From contig CAWAHF010000004.1 in NCBI GenBank assembly GCA_963781805.1, positions 1,242,246 to 1,306,245 of the forward strand: a stretch of 64,000 nt of DNA, written 5' to 3'. The position numbers and the translations under genes are program-made. Origin of the DNA: an uncultured Bacteroidales bacterium (GTDB taxonomy: Bacteria > Bacteroidota > Bacteroidia > Bacteroidales > UBA10428). Under the pieces are notes generated by a model. The model was not told the origin of the DNA and ran no database searches. It worked only from the letters and a program-made list of their open reading frames with translations. Below are positions 1 to 9,979 of this stretch, piece after piece; the first letter of the stretch is position 1; each line of letters starts with the position of its first letter.

Positions 1-323
1 AGTATTATTACGGCCCGATAACCATTGATGATATTATTTCCTCATGGCAATTTGCTATTAATAATCAGTTAATACCCAAAGAAACCAAAGGGTTTGTGCT
101 GGATTACAGGGAAGCGAATTTTAGAATATCGATAGACGAGCATGAAATCATCGCCGATTTTTATAAAAATCATCCTGAGATATTTGGTAAATTAAAAACT
201 GCAGTGATTACAGATGATCCACACGACATAATCATACCAATCCTGATTGAAACATTAAACGAAGGGTATTATTCCAGGCCTTTTACTACATTTGAGGCAG
301 CCGTCGACTGGGTTTTGAGATAA
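1..323 (+). CDS. 3' part of a hypothetical protein; the reading frame stays open back to the window edge (…YYYGPITIDDIISSWQF…DYREANF…). It may be an STAS/SpoIIAA-like small protein.
   Basis: No stop codon between position 3 and the GTG at 96 in this frame. The ORF ends at 323. No strong motif recognised. Confidence 0.4.
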   Translation, partial: YYYGPITIDDIISSWQFAINNQLIPKETKGFVLDYREANFRISIDEHEIIADFYKNHPEIFGKLKTAVITDDPHDIIIPILIETLNEGYYSRPFTTFEAAVDWVLR

Positions 324-661
324 ATCGATTCTCTTTTTTTCAAACTATCGTAAAACAAAATTCTCTATCCTGCAAAAAAAAGAAACGTGTGAAATTTAAT
401 CTTAACCTATTTCATGTATTCCTATGCTTGCTTGCTTTATTGCATTTTGCGTGCAATAAGGATAAACCGGAGGAGGTTAATTTGGATCCGATAGCAGAAA
501 AAATATAAGGACATCCTTATAATAGATATTCATAATCACGATGCCTCGGGATGAAAAAAAATCAGATATGGCTTTTAAAAAATAGTTACTATGATTAATT
601 TTAAATTATCAACCGATCCTGAATTATTCAGGCCAGATTATGAACCCTAAATTAAACAATC

Positions 662-1267
662 ATGCCTAAACCACATGAAATTCTGAACGGACTGCAAACC
701 ATTGTCAGTAACTTTTCCTGGTATGCCATTCTTTGGCATTTTGTTTTTTACCTTCTGGTAATTGCATTGATGGTAAAATGGACTCCTTCCAACAAGTTCA
801 TGGGAATATTTTTAAGCCTTCCCCTTCTTTCGGTGGCAATATTTGCATGGATAACAGGAAATCCATTCAACGGTATGCTCTTTACAATTGCATTTGCATC
901 TATACTCATTCTGGGAATCAGATGTACCGGCACTCCGATTACCACTTCATCCTTCGTGTATTTAATTGCTGGTATCATTATGGTAATCTTCGGATTAGTT
1001 TACCCGCACTTTCTGGATACCGGCTCCATAGCAAAATATCTGTATGCCTCTCCGGCAGGACTAATCCCCTGCCCTACTTTGTCTGTTTTGATTGGACTAT
1101 TGCTTATTTTTAACGGATTAGGATCAACCTACCTGACCCTCTCATTTATCGTACTTGGATTATTCTACGGACTTTTTGGCGTATTCCGTCTGGGTGTGCA
1201 TCTCGACCTTTTTCTTCTGGGCGGGACGATTTCCCTCATAGTTAAGTACATTTCAATGCTGAAGTAA
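662..1267 (+). CDS. Hypothetical integral membrane protein with 5-6 predicted TM helices
   Basis: 201-aa ORF with long hydrophobic stretches (e.g. AILWHFVFYLLVIALMV, LIPCPTLSVLIGLLLIF). No catalytic motif seen. Confidence 0.55.
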   Translation: MPKPHEILNGLQTIVSNFSWYAILWHFVFYLLVIALMVKWTPSNKFMGIFLSLPLLSVAIFAWITGNPFNGMLFTIAFASILILGIRCTGTPITTSSFVYLIAGIIMVIFGLVYPHFLDTGSIAKYLYASPAGLIPCPTLSVLIGLLLIFNGLGSTYLTLSFIVLGLFYGLFGVFRLGVHLDLFLLGGTISLIVKYISMLK

Positions 1268-1839
1268 CTAAATACCAACCTGAACGACCCATATCAGGTC
1301 AGATTATTTTCAGTTATCAAGAAAAACTCCCTTACCTGCCGGGATAAATATGAGGGGGGCACCATTGTGGTCAATTTACATTCTTCCTCAAAATTGATTT
1401 TCAAGAAAATAAGCTCATTTCTAAATCCGGATTTCATCTCAAAGGATGTATTTGATTAGTTTCAACAATATTTTTTTGAAATAACGTTTTCAATATTGTT
1501 TCTTTATGCTGTATAAATTGTTAACCCATTTTATATGATAATCCACAAAAACGAACTATTTATAAGTGAATTAGTCATTATTTTGTATTTTTCTCACGGT
1601 AAATAAGGGAAAGAATTAGCTTGAAAACCTAATAAAATTAATGTAATTTACGTGCTTGGTACAGAGTATAAAATAGTATTTTAATTATGCAGGTTGAGAT
1701 AAATTTAGGAAAGAAGATTTTTATTATCTCTTTTAAGCAAATATGCATATTATCTGATAAAACTTTTAGAATTATATCGCCTGGTATTAATTTTAACTAT
1801 TAAAACCAAATGATAATACTGAATTTAATCTCTTTAAAG

Positions 1840-3585
1840 ATGAATAAATCTATAAAATATATAATTTTCAGCCTATTGGTTTTTAACTTATTCTGGTTGA
1901 CTGGATGCGAAAAAGACAATCAAAATACATTGATAGTTACACCGGATAATATAGAATTTGAAACGGAAGGAGGCTATACAAGCATAACCATTCAAACAGA
2001 TGCAGACTCATGGAACATTACCAATCCTGCCTCTGACTGGCTGATTTTGTCAAATACACAGGGAACTGAAAAATCGAACTTAGTAACATTGGGTGTGGTT
2101 ACCAAAACTGTTGTGCCACGTTTGGACACACTCACCGTTACCGCAGGAAATGCCAATCCGGTAAAGCTTATCGTATCACAACCTTCATCCGATTATCTTT
2201 ATTCAATTCTGGTCAATAACACTACATTGAGTTTTTTACGTGGAGGAAATACCTTAGCCATTAACATTACCACCGATGCGCCGGAATGGAACATAAACGC
2301 CGATGTGGATTGGCTGAAATTCACTCCGGATTCGGGTTCCAACGGAAATACCACGATAAGCATTACAGCACTGGAAAATACAGGAACTGATCCACGAACA
2401 GCAACAATTATCCTGGGTGGCGCTTATGCCGCTTCGGCTCAAATTTCGGTAGCTCAGAAAGGAGAATATTACCCAAGTTATAACACCTCACCCATAGCAC
2501 CTGATGCAACAGGAATGACCAGCACCGCTGCTGAGATTGCGGCCAATATAAATCTGGGTACAAACATAGGCAATTCCCTCGAAGCCATTGGAGGGGAAAC
2601 TTCATGGGGAAATCCGCTCATCTCAAAAGCCCTGGTTGATTTGATAAAACAAAATGGTTTCAATGCAATTCGATTGCCTTGTTCCTGGAACCAATACATG
2701 TCGAACAGTGCAACTGCACAATTAAGCAGCGACTGGCTCGAAAGGGTCAAGACAGTAATACAATACTGTATAGACGACGATATGTATGTGATACTTAACA
2801 TTCATTGGGATGGAGGATGGCTCGAAAATAATTGCACCATAGCCAAACAGGAAGAAAACAATGCAAAACAGAAAGCTTTTTGGGAACAGATAGCCACTCA
2901 CTTGCGCGATTTCGACGAACACCTGCTGTTTGCCAGCGCGAATGAACCAAATGTGGATAATGCTGCGCAAATGAGTGTATTGACTTCTTATCATCAGACC
3001 TTCATAAATGCGGTACGCTCTACCGGAGGAAAGAACAGCTACAGGGTACTGGTTGTCCAGGGTCCTTCCACCGATATTCAAAAAACTAACCAATTAATGT
3101 CTGTCCTTCCCATTGACGAAATTGCAAATCGTATGATGGTTGAGATACATTATTATACCCCCTGGAATTTCTGTGGATTGACGGAGGATGCTAGTTGGGG
3201 CAGCATGTTTTATTATTGGGGCAAGGATTATCATTCTACAACCGATCCAACCCGCAACTCAAACTGTTGCGAAGAATCAATGGTAGATTCCTACTTTAGC
3301 TCCATGAAAACCAAGTTTGCTGATAAAGGCATTCCTATTGTATTGGGTGAATATGGTGCAGTTCGTCGTTCTTCTTTAACAGGAGATGCATTAACCCTGC
3401 ATCTTGCATCACGGGCGTATTATTTGAAATATGTAACTCAACAGGCAAAAGCTAACGGCATGTTGCCATTTTACTGGGACGCTGGTGGAACCGGCACCAA
3501 TGGTTCTGCCCTTTTTAACCGGAGGACCAATACAGTATTCGACCAACAGGCGTTGGATGCAATTTTGCAGGGAGGAGCAAAGTGA
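1840..3585 (+). CDS. Glycoside hydrolase family 5 (cellulase/mannanase-like) lipoprotein with N-terminal BACON/Ig-like domains
   Basis: Signal peptide plus lipobox (LFWLTGC). Two N-terminal ~90-aa repeats (…DSWNITNPASDWL…, …PEWNINADVDWLKFTP…). GH5 catalytic signatures: FASANEPN (acid/base NEP) and VLGEYGA (nucleophile Glu). The ORF-track start at 1810 is probably too early; the Met at 1840 precedes the signal peptide. Confidence 0.8.
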   Translation: MNKSIKYIIFSLLVFNLFWLTGCEKDNQNTLIVTPDNIEFETEGGYTSITIQTDADSWNITNPASDWLILSNTQGTEKSNLVTLGVVTKTVVPRLDTLTVTAGNANPVKLIVSQPSSDYLYSILVNNTTLSFLRGGNTLAINITTDAPEWNINADVDWLKFTPDSGSNGNTTISITALENTGTDPRTATIILGGAYAASAQISVAQKGEYYPSYNTSPIAPDATGMTSTAAEIAANINLGTNIGNSLEAIGGETSWGNPLISKALVDLIKQNGFNAIRLPCSWNQYMSNSATAQLSSDWLERVKTVIQYCIDDDMYVILNIHWDGGWLENNCTIAKQEENNAKQKAFWEQIATHLRDFDEHLLFASANEPNVDNAAQMSVLTSYHQTFINAVRSTGGKNSYRVLVVQGPSTDIQKTNQLMSVLPIDEIANRMMVEIHYYTPWNFCGLTEDASWGSMFYYWGKDYHSTTDPTRNSNCCEESMVDSYFSSMKTKFADKGIPIVLGEYGAVRRSSLTGDALTLHLASRAYYLKYVTQQAKANGMLPFYWDAGGTGTNGSALFNRRTNTVFDQQALDAILQGGAK

Positions 3586-4150
3586 GACTGCAGAATCTAT
3601 AAATAATAATTAAAACAAGAAACATACCTTAATAATTTCCTTTTCCCGCTGAGAAGAATTTCCATATTCCCGATTACTTTAATCGTTTACTCCCTGGTTA
3701 AATTGCCAGGATCCATTGGCTTAAATTGCAGGTAATTATTCTTGTCTGACATCTAAACTAACATTTCCCGATAAACCTTTCCTGTGCAACCATTACATTC
3801 CTGCATACGAAGGAACTTAGCGTAGCGGTTTCATGAAATAATCTCCATTAAATGCCCACACTAATACATTCCTGCCTGTCGGATGAGACTGTGCAAACAG
3901 ATCTTTTTACCAATAAAGCACACAAAGTTTAATTACGTAATATCAATACGTTGTGACATTTGTGGGTCTCATGGCGGACGTTGCGGTTAACTATTCAAGA
4001 CTTTTCGTACAGACTCTAAAAACCGAAAACCCTCCTGAATCTCAACTCAAAGCAAACAGAAATTAACAGGTTCTTACATCCTCCATGTTCAAACATTGTT
4101 CATATAAAATCCTCATTTTTAAGGGATTTATAGGAGATATTTTATACTAT

Positions 4151-4245
4151 TGTAATGCACTCTTTTTTGAATAAAGAAAACACAACATGCCGGCTAACCA
4201 GCTATCCGGATTTTTTTCATATTTTAGTTACGAAGGGGATTTTGA
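4151..4245. repeat. Copy A of a ~90-bp direct repeat (core aaaacacaacatgccggctaaccagctatccggatttttttcatattttagttacgaagggg)
   Basis: ~90% identical to 5216..5305. Lies ~130 bp upstream of the Fic start codon. Confidence 0.8.
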
Positions 4246-4374
4246 GGTGAAAGATATATATGCAATAATATATATAAAAGCAACTGACTTTATGGAATTG
4301 TTGTGCTTCATGCTTGGAAACCTCAGTGCCAAAAGGATTTGACAATTAAAATGAGTATATTTGTGTATTAATAA

Positions 4375-5145
4375 TTGGATGAAATGAGACTAACTGAGAG
4401 AAGATATTTAGACACTTATATTCGGACAATTGGACATGAAATCCCAAGATTAATTCAGAATTATGATTTTTCTGAAAACAAAGGAGGATTTGACTATTTG
4501 ACAAAATCATCTGCGGTTTATTCATCGAATATTGAAGGAAATAGTATCGATTTGAATTCTTATATGAACTATGAATTGAACAAAGATAAATTCAAGGTTG
4601 GAAAAGAGATACTGGAAATTGAGGATTTGATTGAGGCTTACGAGTTTGCACAGAATAATAACTTGAATGAGAAGAATCTATTGACTTGTCATAAAATATT
4701 CTCAGAGACTTTATTGATTAAGAGTAAAAGAGGACAATATAGAATTGAGCATGTTGGAGTCTTTGGTAAATCAGGATTAGCTTATATGGCAATTGAACCT
4801 GAATTTGTCAAGCACGAAATGAAAACATTTTTCCAGGATATTGAAGAATTAATTTCTTCAGGCCTAAACGAGAAAGAAGTCTTTTATTTTGCATCGTTGA
4901 TTCATTTAAGATTTACACATATTCATCCATTTCGGGATGGAAACGGAAGAGCGGCACGATTACTTGAGAAGTGGTTTATAACAGAGAAATTGGGTCATGA
5001 TTTCTGGAAAATATCATCAGAGGAATATTATAAAGTAAACCAAGCCAGATACTATGAGACAATAAATTTGGGGATGAATTTTTACGAATTGAATTATGAC
5101 AAATGTTTAGGATTTTTAGAAATGCTTCCAAATTGTCTGAAATAA
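4375..5145 (+). CDS. Fic/DOC family protein (class II Fic with an N-terminal inhibitory helix); a putative AMPylating enzyme
   Basis: Canonical Fic active-site motif HPFRDGNGRAARLL. N-terminal SSNIEGN matches the (S/T)xxxE(G/N) auto-inhibitory motif. Confidence 0.85.
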   Translation: MDEMRLTERRYLDTYIRTIGHEIPRLIQNYDFSENKGGFDYLTKSSAVYSSNIEGNSIDLNSYMNYELNKDKFKVGKEILEIEDLIEAYEFAQNNNLNEKNLLTCHKIFSETLLIKSKRGQYRIEHVGVFGKSGLAYMAIEPEFVKHEMKTFFQDIEELISSGLNEKEVFYFASLIHLRFTHIHPFRDGNGRAARLLEKWFITEKLGHDFWKISSEEYYKVNQARYYETINLGMNFYELNYDKCLGFLEMLPNCLK

Positions 5146-5215
5146 AGCACGAAAGCACAACACTCTTCTAAGGTAAAAGAAATTTTAAGGCATTTTCTAA
5201 GATATATTTTGTATT

Positions 5216-5305
5216 ATTGAACTGCACTGGCTTTAAAAAACAAAACATGCCGGCTATCCAGCTATCCGAATTTTTTCCATATTTAAGTTACGAAGGGATT
5301 TGGGG
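5216..5305. repeat. Copy B of the ~90-bp direct repeat
   Basis: Core caaaacatgccggctatccagctatccgaattttttccatatttaagttacgaaggg. Lies ~57 bp upstream of the DUF952 start. Confidence 0.8.
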
Positions 5306-5361
5306 CGAAAAATATATTCACTATATCTTGCCTGTAATCGGTTAGAAAAATAATTAATCTT

Positions 5362-5772
5362 ATGGAACAGAAAAATATAATTTACCACATCCTCACACTT
5401 AAGGATCTGAAATCACAAACAGAGGGTGAATTTTACCAACCGGGCAATTTGGCACAAAATGGTTTTATTCATTGTACAGCTGAAAAAGCAACATCCTTGC
5501 TGGTATTAGAAGATTATTTTAAAGAAATTTCGAAAACTGATATGATCATAATCCTTGCCATCGAAACGGATAAATTAAAGTCAGAGGTTAAATTTGAACC
5601 TCCGGCACCCATTCAGGGAGCCGGAATTAGTCATATCAAAGAAGGATTATTATTTCCGCATATTTACGGAAGTTTAAATATAGAGGCAGTTATAGGAGTT
5701 GGGAAAGTGGAAAAAGCAGAAGGCAAATTTATTTGGCCATCAACTTTTGATGATTTAAAGAAGTACTTATAG
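5362..5772 (+). CDS. DUF952-like small protein (possibly an ADP-ribosyltransferase-fold protein)
   Basis: 136-aa ORF with GFIHCT…FPHIYGSL pattern. It resembles the DUF952 family as I recall it; no search performed. Confidence 0.45.
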   Translation: MEQKNIIYHILTLKDLKSQTEGEFYQPGNLAQNGFIHCTAEKATSLLVLEDYFKEISKTDMIIILAIETDKLKSEVKFEPPAPIQGAGISHIKEGLLFPHIYGSLNIEAVIGVGKVEKAEGKFIWPSTFDDLKKYL

Positions 5773-5932
5773 AAACAGGCAAAGACTAGTACAAACAAAC
5801 ATTTTATAAGAACTAATCAGACCTGCCTCACTTTAAGGTGTTGAAACAAAATTCCTTCCTGAAATGTTAATTCAATTACAATAGAATTGGCTTCTTTTAA
5901 ATCTGAAATGAACAAATATAAAATCACAAACC

Positions 5933-6709
5933 ATGGATAAAAAAACAATTGTTATTACAGGAAGTACAAGAGGAATTGGAAACGGACTAGCCAGACAATT
6001 TCTGAAACGAAATCACCAGGTAATTATCAATGGCAGAAATAATGATGCCGTTAATGGAACAGTAAAAGAACTTAAGGAAAAAGGTTATGATGTTCAGGGA
6101 GTAGCAGGTGATGTCACCGATGAATCTACCTTTCAGGCAATCATTGATAAGGCTATATCAAATTATAAAAAAATTGATATCTGGATAAATAATGCGGGTA
6201 TTCCTCAACCTCATCGAAATTTTATCGAATTGGATAAACAAGAAATAGCAGATTTGATTTCTGTAAATATTCTCGGATTGATGATGGGTACAAAAGCTGC
6301 AATAAATTTCTTTAAACAACAGGGGTTTGGCAAAGTCTACAATATGGAAGGTTTTGGGAGTAATGGCAGAATGAGGGAAAAATTAACCTTGTATGGTACA
6401 AGTAAAAGAGCTGTAAATTATTTTACCAAATCAGTTTCGAAAGAAATTAAAGACAGAAACATACAAGTGGGAATTTTGAGCCCCGGTATGGTCAGAACTG
6501 ATTTTTTAACTACATCGATGTCTGCAGGAAGTCTTGAAGATCAAGCCAGATTCACGAAAATATTAGATATTATGGCAGAAGAAGTGGATGTGGTAACTGA
6601 ATATCTGGTAAACAAAATACTTGAAAGCAACAAACACTACGACAGAATAGAATATTTAACCTTTGGCCGCTTGATGCCCAAATTAGTACGGTTGATGTTT
6701 GTAAAATAA
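5933..6709 (+). CDS. Short-chain dehydrogenase/reductase (SDR) family oxidoreductase
   Basis: N-terminal TGSTRGIGNG Rossmann motif, NNAG, and catalytic YGTSK (YxxxK). Confidence 0.85.
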   Translation: MDKKTIVITGSTRGIGNGLARQFLKRNHQVIINGRNNDAVNGTVKELKEKGYDVQGVAGDVTDESTFQAIIDKAISNYKKIDIWINNAGIPQPHRNFIELDKQEIADLISVNILGLMMGTKAAINFFKQQGFGKVYNMEGFGSNGRMREKLTLYGTSKRAVNYFTKSVSKEIKDRNIQVGILSPGMVRTDFLTTSMSAGSLEDQARFTKILDIMAEEVDVVTEYLVNKILESNKHYDRIEYLTFGRLMPKLVRLMFVK

Positions 6710-6812
6710 ATCGTCAGCCCTATTCACACATTCTACATCATCCAATACCAAAATAATTGTATTCTCTGATTTATTATAATAATTCCAACTTAACGCTCTT
6801 CTGAAAATTTTA

Positions 6813-6820
6813 TAAATTTG
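6813..6820 (+). promoter_or_regulatory. Candidate Bacteroidota sigma-A -7 element (TAAATTTG) upstream of the MFS gene
   Basis: Matches TAnnTTTG and lies 16 bp upstream of the ATG at 6836. Confidence 0.3.
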
Positions 6821-6835
6821 GTTGGATAAAGAAAA

Positions 6836-8176
6836 ATGAATAGAGTTACCAGCAAGCAAAATTCAACTATATTAAGTGGCTTAAAAAATACTTTTCGTTC
6901 ACTTCGTTACAGGAATTTTCGCCTGTTCTTTTATGGTCAGAGTGTATCGCTGATTGGTACATGGATACAACGTATTACCACTCCCTGGCTGGTTTATCAT
7001 ATGACAGGTTCTGCATTTCTACTTGGTGTGGTCGGATTTGCAGGCCAGATACCCACATTTCTAATTGCTCCTTTTGCAGGAGTTTTAACGGACCGGTGGA
7101 ACCGCTATCATCTTTTATTTATTACCCAGGTAGCTGCCATGTTTCAGGCCTTAGTTTTGGCGCTGCTCTATCTTACCGGAAACATTGAGGTGTGGAATAT
7201 CATTTTGTTAAGCATTATCCTTGGATGTATCAACGCATTTGATATTCCCGTACGGCAGTCATTTGTTATTGAAATGGTAGATAAAAAAGAAGATCTTGGG
7301 AATGCCATCGCTTTAAATTCAACCATGGTAAATGGCGCCAGACTGATTGGTCCCTCAATTGCCGGTATCCTTATTGCCCTTGCCGGTGAAGGAATATGTT
7401 TTATGATAAACGCCCTGAGCTATCTTTTTGTTCTAACTTCCCTCTTTCTGATGAAAATCAAACCCAGAGTAATTGTAAACCAGAATGGCCATGTATTAAA
7501 GAAACTGAAGGAAGGATTTAACTACACATTTGGATTTGCACCCATCAAATCGATTATCCTTTTACTTGCATTAGTAAGTCTCACAGGCATGCAATACCGC
7601 GTGCTAATGCCTGTTTTTGCCAAAGAAGTTTTGCACGGCGATTCACATACCTTCGGATTTCTTATGGGGGCATCGGGGTTAGGCGCTTTAATTGGTGCGC
7701 TTTATCTGGCTTCACGAAAACAGGTACTAGCGTTGGGGAAAATCATTCCGATAGCAGCATTTATCTTCGGATTAGGACTGATTACATTTTCTTTGTCCCG
7801 GTATTTTATCCTTTCATTACTATTCATGGTTTTTATAGGTCTGGGCATGATGCTACAGATGGCCTCCAGCAACACCATCCTGCAAACCATTGTGGATGAT
7901 GATAAACGAGGCCGCGTAATGAGCTTTTATACCATGGCGTTTATGGGTACTGCACCTTTTGGCAGCTTTCTGGCTGGAAGCCTTGCAAGTAGTCTTGGAG
8001 CTCCTGGTACGTTGCTGATAGGTGGTATATCATGTATTGCAGGTGCATACCTTTTTGCACGTGCACTTCCGAATTTAAAGCAGGCAGTTCGTCCAATTTA
8101 TATTAAACTGGGAATTATAAAAGAAACTTCAATAGGAATTCAAGCCGCAACAGAATTAACCGCGCCTCCGGCATAA
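6836..8176 (+). CDS. MFS transporter with 12 predicted TM helices
   Basis: 446-aa protein with repeated hydrophobic helices. MFS-like motif GVLTDRWNR in the loop 2-3 region. Confidence 0.75.
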   Translation: MNRVTSKQNSTILSGLKNTFRSLRYRNFRLFFYGQSVSLIGTWIQRITTPWLVYHMTGSAFLLGVVGFAGQIPTFLIAPFAGVLTDRWNRYHLLFITQVAAMFQALVLALLYLTGNIEVWNIILLSIILGCINAFDIPVRQSFVIEMVDKKEDLGNAIALNSTMVNGARLIGPSIAGILIALAGEGICFMINALSYLFVLTSLFLMKIKPRVIVNQNGHVLKKLKEGFNYTFGFAPIKSIILLLALVSLTGMQYRVLMPVFAKEVLHGDSHTFGFLMGASGLGALIGALYLASRKQVLALGKIIPIAAFIFGLGLITFSLSRYFILSLLFMVFIGLGMMLQMASSNTILQTIVDDDKRGRVMSFYTMAFMGTAPFGSFLAGSLASSLGAPGTLLIGGISCIAGAYLFARALPNLKQAVRPIYIKLGIIKETSIGIQAATELTAPPA

Positions 8177-8251
8177 TAGCATGGAAACTATTTTAAAGGG
8201 CAAATTTCAGAATTTTTTACTGATAGAATTGTCCTTTTGACTTACATGTCA

Positions 8252-9277
8252 TCATATCGCCAATACCTTAGCTCCTTCAATCCTGCGTTGTTTGATATCC
8301 ATAATTGCCTTGTTTGCATCTTTGAATGGATATATCTCAATTTCCGGTTTAAAGGGCATCTCTGCAGCCAGTTTTATAAACTCCTCTACATCTTTTCGGG
8401 TAACATTTGCCACACTTTTTATCTCCTTCTCCATCCACAGATGAGTTGCATAATCGAGGTTTCCGAAATAATCCACATCGACATTCTCTTTCCGGATAGC
8501 ATTTATCACCATTCTTCCACCGGGTTTCAAATGTTTTAAACCTTCCACTACCGGCATCCAGACCGGAGTGGTATCGATGATTGAATCGAGTAAATGAGGA
8601 GGAGTTTCCGTTGTATCGCCGGCCCAGTCGCATCCAAGTCTTAAAGCAAACTTCTGTTCTTTTTGGCTGCGGGCAAAAACGAAAATCTTTGAATCAGGAA
8701 ATTTATATTTTACCATCTTAACCACCAGATGGGCAGATGCCCCAAATCCGGTCAAGCCCAACGAACTGCCGTTTTTTATCTGTGTCAGAACAACCGACCT
8801 GTATCCGACGGCTCCGGCACATAATAGAGGTGCAGCTTCAGCCGGTGTAAAGATTTCCGGAATTTTATATGCAAAATTCTCAGGAACAGTCATGTATTCT
8901 GCATAGCCTCCATTTGCATCCCGGCCTGTGGCAACAAAATTTTTACACAGATTTTCCTGACCAGACAAACAATACTCGCATTCTCCACATGCACTATAAA
9001 TCCAGGCTACTCCAACCATATCTCCTACCCTCAGAATTGTCCGACTGCCCATTGATTTCTCAATAACCCCAACAGCCTGATGTCCGGGAACTACCGGATA
9101 TACATGCGGTGGTGTCCGGCCCTCAATTTCATCTATCTCGGTATGGCATACTCCGCATGTCTTCACCTTTATTAAAAGTTCACCCTGTGTAGGCTCAGGA
9201 ACCGGAATATCTAACAGTTTTAATGGTTCCGATTCCTGATTAAGATCGCAGGTTTTATGTATTACCCATGCTTTCAT
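8252..9277 (-). CDS. Zinc-dependent alcohol dehydrogenase (MDR family)
   Basis: GVCHTEIDEIEG catalytic-zinc motif and structural-zinc CGECEYC cluster. Rossmann-type TGFGASAH. Confidence 0.85.
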   Translation of the reverse strand: MKAWVIHKTCDLNQESEPLKLLDIPVPEPTQGELLIKVKTCGVCHTEIDEIEGRTPPHVYPVVPGHQAVGVIEKSMGSRTILRVGDMVGVAWIYSACGECEYCLSGQENLCKNFVATGRDANGGYAEYMTVPENFAYKIPEIFTPAEAAPLLCAGAVGYRSVVLTQIKNGSSLGLTGFGASAHLVVKMVKYKFPDSKIFVFARSQKEQKFALRLGCDWAGDTTETPPHLLDSIIDTTPVWMPVVEGLKHLKPGGRMVINAIRKENVDVDYFGNLDYATHLWMEKEIKSVANVTRKDVEEFIKLAAEMPFKPEIEIYPFKDANKAIMDIKQRRIEGAKVLAI

Positions 9278-9360
9278 AATGCAAAGGTAGGGAATTTTGA
9301 ATTCTTATGGGTTACCTAAATCGGGCAAGGCCTAGAATAAGGATGAAGATTTGATGATTA

Positions 9361-9966
9361 TTAAAAACCAAAATGCTGTAATAAATACTTTTTTAAATCT
9401 TCATAATCATGCATTACCGGAAATTGCGGATAATCGTCGATTACATTTTGAGGAGGTCTGAACAATATTGCTTCATCCGCCTGCCTGAGCATGGAAATAT
9501 CATTATAAGAATCACCAAACGCTATAACTTTATAACTTAGACTCTGTAATGCTTGCACAACCTTCATTTTAGGGTCTTTCTGTCTGAGTTTATATCCGGT
9601 AATATTTCCTTCAGTATCCACCATCAGGGAATGACAAAAAAGTGTCGGCCATTCCAGCTGCTCCATCAACGGGGAGGCAAATTCAACAAAGGTATCGGAA
9701 ACAACTATAAACCGGGATACCTGTTTCAGCCAGGTTACAATTTCCAACGCACCATCAAGCGGCTTAATGGTAGCTATCACATGCTGAATATCCTTTAGTT
9801 TAAGATTATGCTGTTTCAGGATTTTTAACCTGTGCTGCATCAGCTCATCATAATCTTTAATATCTCTGGTCGTAAACCTTAACTCCTCAATACCGGTTTT
9901 CTGAGATACATTAATCCAAACTTCGGGAACCCATACACCTTCCAAATCTGAACAAACAGCATGCAT
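9361..9966 (-). CDS. thrH: Phosphoserine phosphatase / homoserine phosphotransferase ThrH (HAD family)
   Basis: Near-colinear similarity to Pseudomonas ThrH (CSDLEGVWVPE…TTRDIKDYD…LRQKDPK…FGDSYNDISML…FPVMHDYEDLK). Sits in the thr operon. Confidence 0.8.
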   Translation of the reverse strand: MHAVCSDLEGVWVPEVWINVSQKTGIEELRFTTRDIKDYDELMQHRLKILKQHNLKLKDIQHVIATIKPLDGALEIVTWLKQVSRFIVVSDTFVEFASPLMEQLEWPTLFCHSLMVDTEGNITGYKLRQKDPKMKVVQALQSLSYKVIAFGDSYNDISMLRQADEAILFRPPQNVIDDYPQFPVMHDYEDLKKYLLQHFGF

Positions 9967-9979
9967 AAAAATTTCTTGT

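Noticed and set aside
733-1113. 126-aa plus-strand ORF and 76-aa minus-strand ORF overlapping the membrane-protein gene
   Set aside because: These are alternative frames of the longer 201-aa ORF, which shows coherent TM-helix periodicity. The alternatives are Cys/His-rich and low-complexity.
2254-3093. Four minus-strand ORFs (62-123 aa) inside the GH5 gene
   Set aside because: They lie antisense within a well-supported 591-aa coding region and have no motifs, so they are shadow ORFs.
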